Virus record (IMG/VR): IMGVR_UViG_3300045988_129927
Length of the DNA: 64,000 nucleotides
Strand: one strand, 5' to 3'
DNA from: a virus
Position numbers and translations under genes: made by a program. The notes beneath the pieces are model-generated. The model made no database searches, was not told where the DNA came from, and saw nothing but the letters and a program-made list of their open reading frames with translations. The number at the start of each line of letters is the position of its first letter. Position 1 is the first letter of the stretch. This document shows, piece by piece, positions 59,806 to 64,000 of this stretch.

Positions 59806-62181
59806 TTAGTCATTGTCGTTGTCGTTGTTTTCCTCATCATTAGAACCAGATTCATCTTGCTCATCTGGATTGTCTGATGATTCATCCAAGTCTACTTCTT
59901 TATCATCGTCATCGTTTTGTTGATTGTTCTGATTTCTACCAGTCTTAACTTTAGGCTGTTCATCTTCACTCTCATCAATTTCCATACAGATTGCACCTGT
60001 AATAGGATCGATTTTAGACAATACTTGTTGACTTGGGTCAAACTCAGCATACACCATCTTCGTACCATTTGTTTGGATAAAATGTCGAAGAATTTGTAAT
60101 GGTCTATTTGCACCAATATTAATCTCATTAGGATTAATTACATCGTCGATGTCTGTTGGTCTGTCTGTCGTATAAATCGTTGTTAAGATTTTATCAACAG
60201 TTTCTGGGTTATTAGAACGGTCATGTAGGACTGCTGCTAAACCAGAAGGACCACTACCTACTAACAAACGACCTTCAGACTCACCTGGGAATTTAGTAGC
60301 CTGTTTACGGATTTGTTGAGTAGTCTTATCTTTAGAGGTTAATGGGACAATAATACCATTAGGTTGTGTTGCTGCTGTGGATACTGCTGCGGCATCATCA
60401 CCAATCTTTTCAAGACAGATATAGTATTGTGGACCAATACGCTGTGGTGTTGCAGTATCTTCAAAACATTGTTTATAAGGATTCCAGAATCTTAAGCAGT
60501 TTGGATCTGATAAGAAACCTTCTTCTTTTAATGCTTTAAATACATGTAACATACGACGATTATTACCATGAGGCATCCAGATAATTGGTGTCTCGTGAAT
60601 CATGTGGTACAAATCTACTGTCTTTTCTTGGAAGGACATTGATTTATAGAAATCGTAATGTTTGTTTGAACAGATTTCGTAAAATCTTTCCAGACGTGCA
60701 AAGATAGGTTCAAGTACATCACGTGGTAATCGAATCACTTTATCACGTAGATTAGGTGTAGACTCATTTAGATTAACTGTATTACATACCCATTGTTTCA
60801 ATTCCAACATGGCAGCTTTTAAGCTAACCTCGTAAGTTTGACCTTGGTTCATTCGGTTAAATGTAGAGTTTACACCAATACAAATATCCGCACGAATACC
60901 TGTAATAGGATCGTAAGGCATTTGAGAGGGTTCTACTGTCACCACATCGGCGATTACACCTTTGTTACCATGTAAACCTGTGATTTTAAAACCTGGGCCT
61001 ACTTCTTTAGTATACTCGGTTGTTACGATAATAGTGATATCATCTAACTTACGATTGAAGTTTGAAACTTTCTGGATAGGTACATTACGAGTACGTTCAT
61101 CACTTGTTGGTTCATTGGTAATAGCCATACAGTGTTTAATCAGTTGGTCAAAATCATCTGTAAACTCTGCATTACCATTGGTCTTAGCCATGATTTTACG
61201 ATATTCATTAACAATACGTTCGCAAAAATCACGATAAGCATTTGCATACTTATCTAATTGTTCCATGACTTTAGGTGCTACTGCTGTATTGGTTTTAGGT
61301 TGTTTGTATACAATGATATCAATTACACGAGCTTCTTGACCATTACCATCTAGTGGTACATCTGTTACTGAATCAAAAATCCGTGTAGATTTCTTCGTAA
61401 ACATGATAGGTAAAAGGTCAGGACGATATTCACGTTTTGCCATGACAATACCAGAATAGGCTTGACCTGTAGGAATACAGTATTCACCGATATCTGGCAT
61501 GACTTTATAGTTGTCATCATCACCATACAAATTCAATGGGAATTCTTTTTCACCTAATTCAAATACACGTGTGGTAAATGTTTTAGTTTTAAGTAATGGT
61601 GCAACATCTTTGGCAATCAGAATCGAGTCTTCAATCGTACCTTCTAAAGAAGAATACAAAGTATTTAAATCAATACCTGGTGAATACAAACCATGCTTAT
61701 CTTTTGCAGGTGTATCGTATAGTACTGTTCCTTTTGGAATACTGTTACCGACACGAATCTGTTGTGCTTCTTCAGTTGGTTTATATTCAAAACCAAACTT
61801 AGGATGTGATGAACTAAAACGATTAATGTCAATAATACCAAATAATGGACGAGAACCTTCATCGAATGTTTGGTAGATAACAATCTGTTGTGGGTTCAAT
61901 TGAATGCCGTTATGTTGGGACGGAATATAACGGTTTACAATCGAAAATACTACCATGTTATGGGGTGTGGTAATGGAATTAGAGAATCTACCGTACTCTA
62001 TATCCGCACCAGTTTGAATCATATTCGGCTTACACCCACTAATCACATAGTGTTGTGAAATGGCATTTGCCTGCATTTGACCACGTGATGAAGACGTGTA
62101 TTCACTAAACGGATTAAAGGCGGTCGCACCAATTAACCGTATATCGTTTTCGTTATAGACTGTTTCAATTTGTTCAGTCAT
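59806..62181 (-). CDS. multisubunit RNA polymerase beta-like subunit, C-terminal part (791 aa)
   Basis: [14 protein letters not shown] matches [26 protein letters not shown] matches [33 protein letters not shown] matches [31 protein letters not shown] matches [23 protein letters not shown] matches GGQRFGEMEVWAL. Confidence 0.85.
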   Translation of the reverse strand: [791 protein letters not shown]

Positions 62182-62248
62182 TTTGGTTTCCTTTTATAAG
62201 TGCTTCACTATACTAAAAGATAGAATAATACTATTCTATTTCTTCCAA

Positions 62249-62269
62249 TTTAATAATATATACCTGAAA
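62249..62269 (-). promoter_or_regulatory. promoter-like motif, same class
   Basis: Minus strand reads tttcaggtatatattattaaa. It lies upstream of the RNAP beta-like gene, in a 98-bp divergent region. Confidence 0.45.
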
Positions 62270-62279
62270 GGTTTTACAA

Positions 62280-62627
62280 ATGGCATCATCATTACTTGAT
62301 TCTACATTCGATGATGGCGATTACGTATCTGAAAGTTTTAAAACAGTATTAGAGGACCACTTATCTATCTTAAGTGACCCTAAAAATATTGAGGAATTTA
62401 AAACAATCTCTCCTATTGACGCAAATCGCTTTGAATACGATTTCTATGGTTTGTTAAGAAACTTAGCTGTACCAGTACAACACCATTGGATTACAATGAG
62501 AATTAATGGTTATTCTTCACCTAGTGAATATAAAAAAGATAAGCTAACAATTAAGATTCCTCGTTCTGAATTAATTAATAGTTTACTTTCTTACCATAAT
62601 CAAATTGTAAAACGGACAGCTAGTTAA
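62280..62627 (+). CDS. hypothetical protein (115 aa)
   Basis: ORF with AAAGGTTTTACAA-ATG start region. Followed by the bidirectional terminator 62675-62706. Confidence 0.6.
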   Translation: MASSLLDSTFDDGDYVSESFKTVLEDHLSILSDPKNIEEFKTISPIDANRFEYDFYGLLRNLAVPVQHHWITMRINGYSSPSEYKKDKLTIKIPRSELINSLLSYHNQIVKRTAS

Positions 62628-62674
62628 GTAGAACTACTCCTAGATAATATCATGTTAAAAAAATATATAGTAAT

Positions 62675-62706
62675 CTAGATACACTACCATTTGGTAGTGT
62701 ATCTAG
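62675..62706. terminator. bidirectional terminator between convergent genes
   Basis: 14-bp perfect stem (ctagatacactacc / ggtagtgtatctag). Confidence 0.65.
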
Positions 62707-62716
62707 TTATTACTAT

Positions 62717-64000
62717 TTATCGTTTACGAGTACTAAACAATGAAGCAGAACCATTACGAGCGAAGAAGTTATTGTTACCACCATTATAACCACCGTAACC
62801 GAAACCCGCATTTCTTGGTACATTCACTGAATGTGATTGGCCAGGAACATAACCATTAACTGCTGCAGGAGGTGTAAACATACGATGATGATTGTTAATC
62901 ATGTTCTGACGATGTGCTTGGAAACCATTGTATTGACCATTGTTTGGTTGATACTGTTGTACGGTATCTTGACGACGTAAGAATTGATTACCACCTGCTT
63001 GTTGTACTGGTTGAGCTTGTTGGTATACAGGTTGTACGTATTGTACTGGCTCTTGACGTGCCAAGAACTGATTACCTGCTTGCACTGGCTGTGCTACTGG
63101 TGCTGTTTGAGTAGTTTGTACATTAGCTGGATGTACTATAGCAGGGTGTCCAGCTACCTGTTCTGTTACTGCACCATATTTACTACGAGAAGGAGCTTCT
63201 TGTTTTACTTCTTCTTGAGTAATAGCTGCTACACCTTCATTACCATCTTGCAAAGGAATCAACAAATACTCTTTACGCCAATCACGTACTGTAAAGGTAC
63301 CTGTTTCTGATTCTTTTACCAACTCTTCCAACCAATCGATATCGATATGGGTGGTTTCATGACATTCTTTCGATACTTCTTTAGCATGAACCATACCTTT
63401 ACCAGTATAGAACATATCAGAAATAGCATTCAGTCGTTTAGGTAATGTCAACAATGAGCGAACAAATGATTCGCAATATGGTGCATCAGTAGCGTCAGAT
63501 GAACTATAGAACTCATGGTTCTTTTCATCGATGTTACCGAAGAATGCACGACAAAGGTTTTCGTATGTTTTCAAATCACCTTTACGAACAGATACACCTA
63601 GAATTTTAGGAGTAGCTTGTGTGCCTTTGTTTACTTGTTCAATACAAGTCATGACTTCTTCCAATAATGGTGAAGACCAAATGGCTGCACGTGAGTGTGT
63701 TTTACCGGCCCAGTTTACACCTTTACGCAATGAAAGATATACTGGAGTATTACGAGATTTACGACTAGCTAGATTATTAATAATCTTATCAAAGTCTTTT
63801 ACAAATCTCTCGTCTACTTTACCGATAGAACTGATAAACTTACGTTGTTCTACAGTTAAATCACTGTGGTTTACTGTACCAGATGAAATAGCGACAATAT
63901 CACACATCAGTGCAGAAACTGATGCACCATAGAAATGGTTCAACTCACGACGTACTGCTGACATCACACGTGATTCACCACGCACCAAGTTTTCTTGGAA
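62717..64000 (-). CDS. hypothetical protein with Gln/Asn/Gly/Tyr-rich C-terminal tail; N-terminus probably beyond the window end
   Basis: The reading frame is still open at 64000 (FQENLVRGESRVMSAV...). The track start at 63988 is a TTG. The only in-window ATG (63964) has no typical leader. Confidence 0.7.
   Translation of the reverse strand, partial: FQENLVRGESRVMSAVRRELNHFYGASVSALMCDIVAISSGTVNHSDLTVEQRKFISSIGKVDERFVKDFDKIINNLASRKSRNTPVYLSLRKGVNWAGKTHSRAAIWSSPLLEEVMTCIEQVNKGTQATPKILGVSVRKGDLKTYENLCRAFFGNIDEKNHEFYSSSDATDAPYCESFVRSLLTLPKRLNAISDMFYTGKGMVHAKEVSKECHETTHIDIDWLEELVKESETGTFTVRDWRKEYLLIPLQDGNEGVAAITQEEVKQEAPSRSKYGAVTEQVAGHPAIVHPANVQTTQTAPVAQPVQAGNQFLARQEPVQYVQPVYQQAQPVQQAGGNQFLRRQDTVQQYQPNNGQYNGFQAHRQNMINNHHRMFTPPAAVNGYVPGQSHSVNVPRNAGFGYGGYNGGNNNFFARNGSASLFSTRKR

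Noticed and set aside
62717-64000. Assigning the Gln-rich protein as a nucleus-shell (chimallin) or SSB protein, and looking for PhuZ tubulin in the window.
   Set aside because: I could recall and match no diagnostic motif. No GGGTGSG-type tubulin signature occurs in any ORF here.
1-64000. Prophage, integrative or transposable-element signatures (integrase, transposase, att-like long repeats).
   Set aside because: No ORF shows recombinase or transposase motifs. The only repeats are regulatory-sized (64 bp or less).

Overview
This window is AT-rich phage DNA, roughly one-third G+C by eye. It is most likely from a jumbo, phiKZ-like phage of a Gram-negative host, because it encodes split multisubunit-RNAP subunits. 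About 70 tightly packed genes are present, more than 85% on the minus strand. Plus-strand genes sit at 36.3-37.9 kb, 43.9-48.1 kb, 49.8 kb, 52.4-54.2 kb and 62.3 kb.

Products I can recognise from motifs read by eye:
- RNAP beta (C-terminal part) and beta-prime (C-terminal part)
- an SF2 DEAH helicase
- the N-terminal (exonuclease plus motif A) fragment of a family-B DNA polymerase
- a ThyA-family enzyme
- a dNMP-kinase/MazG fusion
- a signal-peptide SleB-type lysin
- an i-/o-spanin pair
- a ClpP-like protease
- two HExxH proteins
- a DUF1874 (AcrIII-1-like) small protein

Most other ORFs are hypothetical. They include a tandem array of five ~510-535 aa paralogs and a set of proteins that share an MS(L/I)FD N-terminus.

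The non-coding DNA is unusually organised:
- 16 copies of a 20-nt promoter-like motif, each followed by a leader hairpin and a TATAAAGGAAA leader
- a 64-bp leader that is identical upstream of two unrelated genes
- a three-copy structured element with compensatory changes
- a promoter-to-terminator unit with no ORF, a candidate ncRNA
- long perfect-stem terminators

I saw no rRNA, tRNA, CRISPR array, integrase or transposase. All homology statements are motif matches by eye and from memory. No database search was possible.
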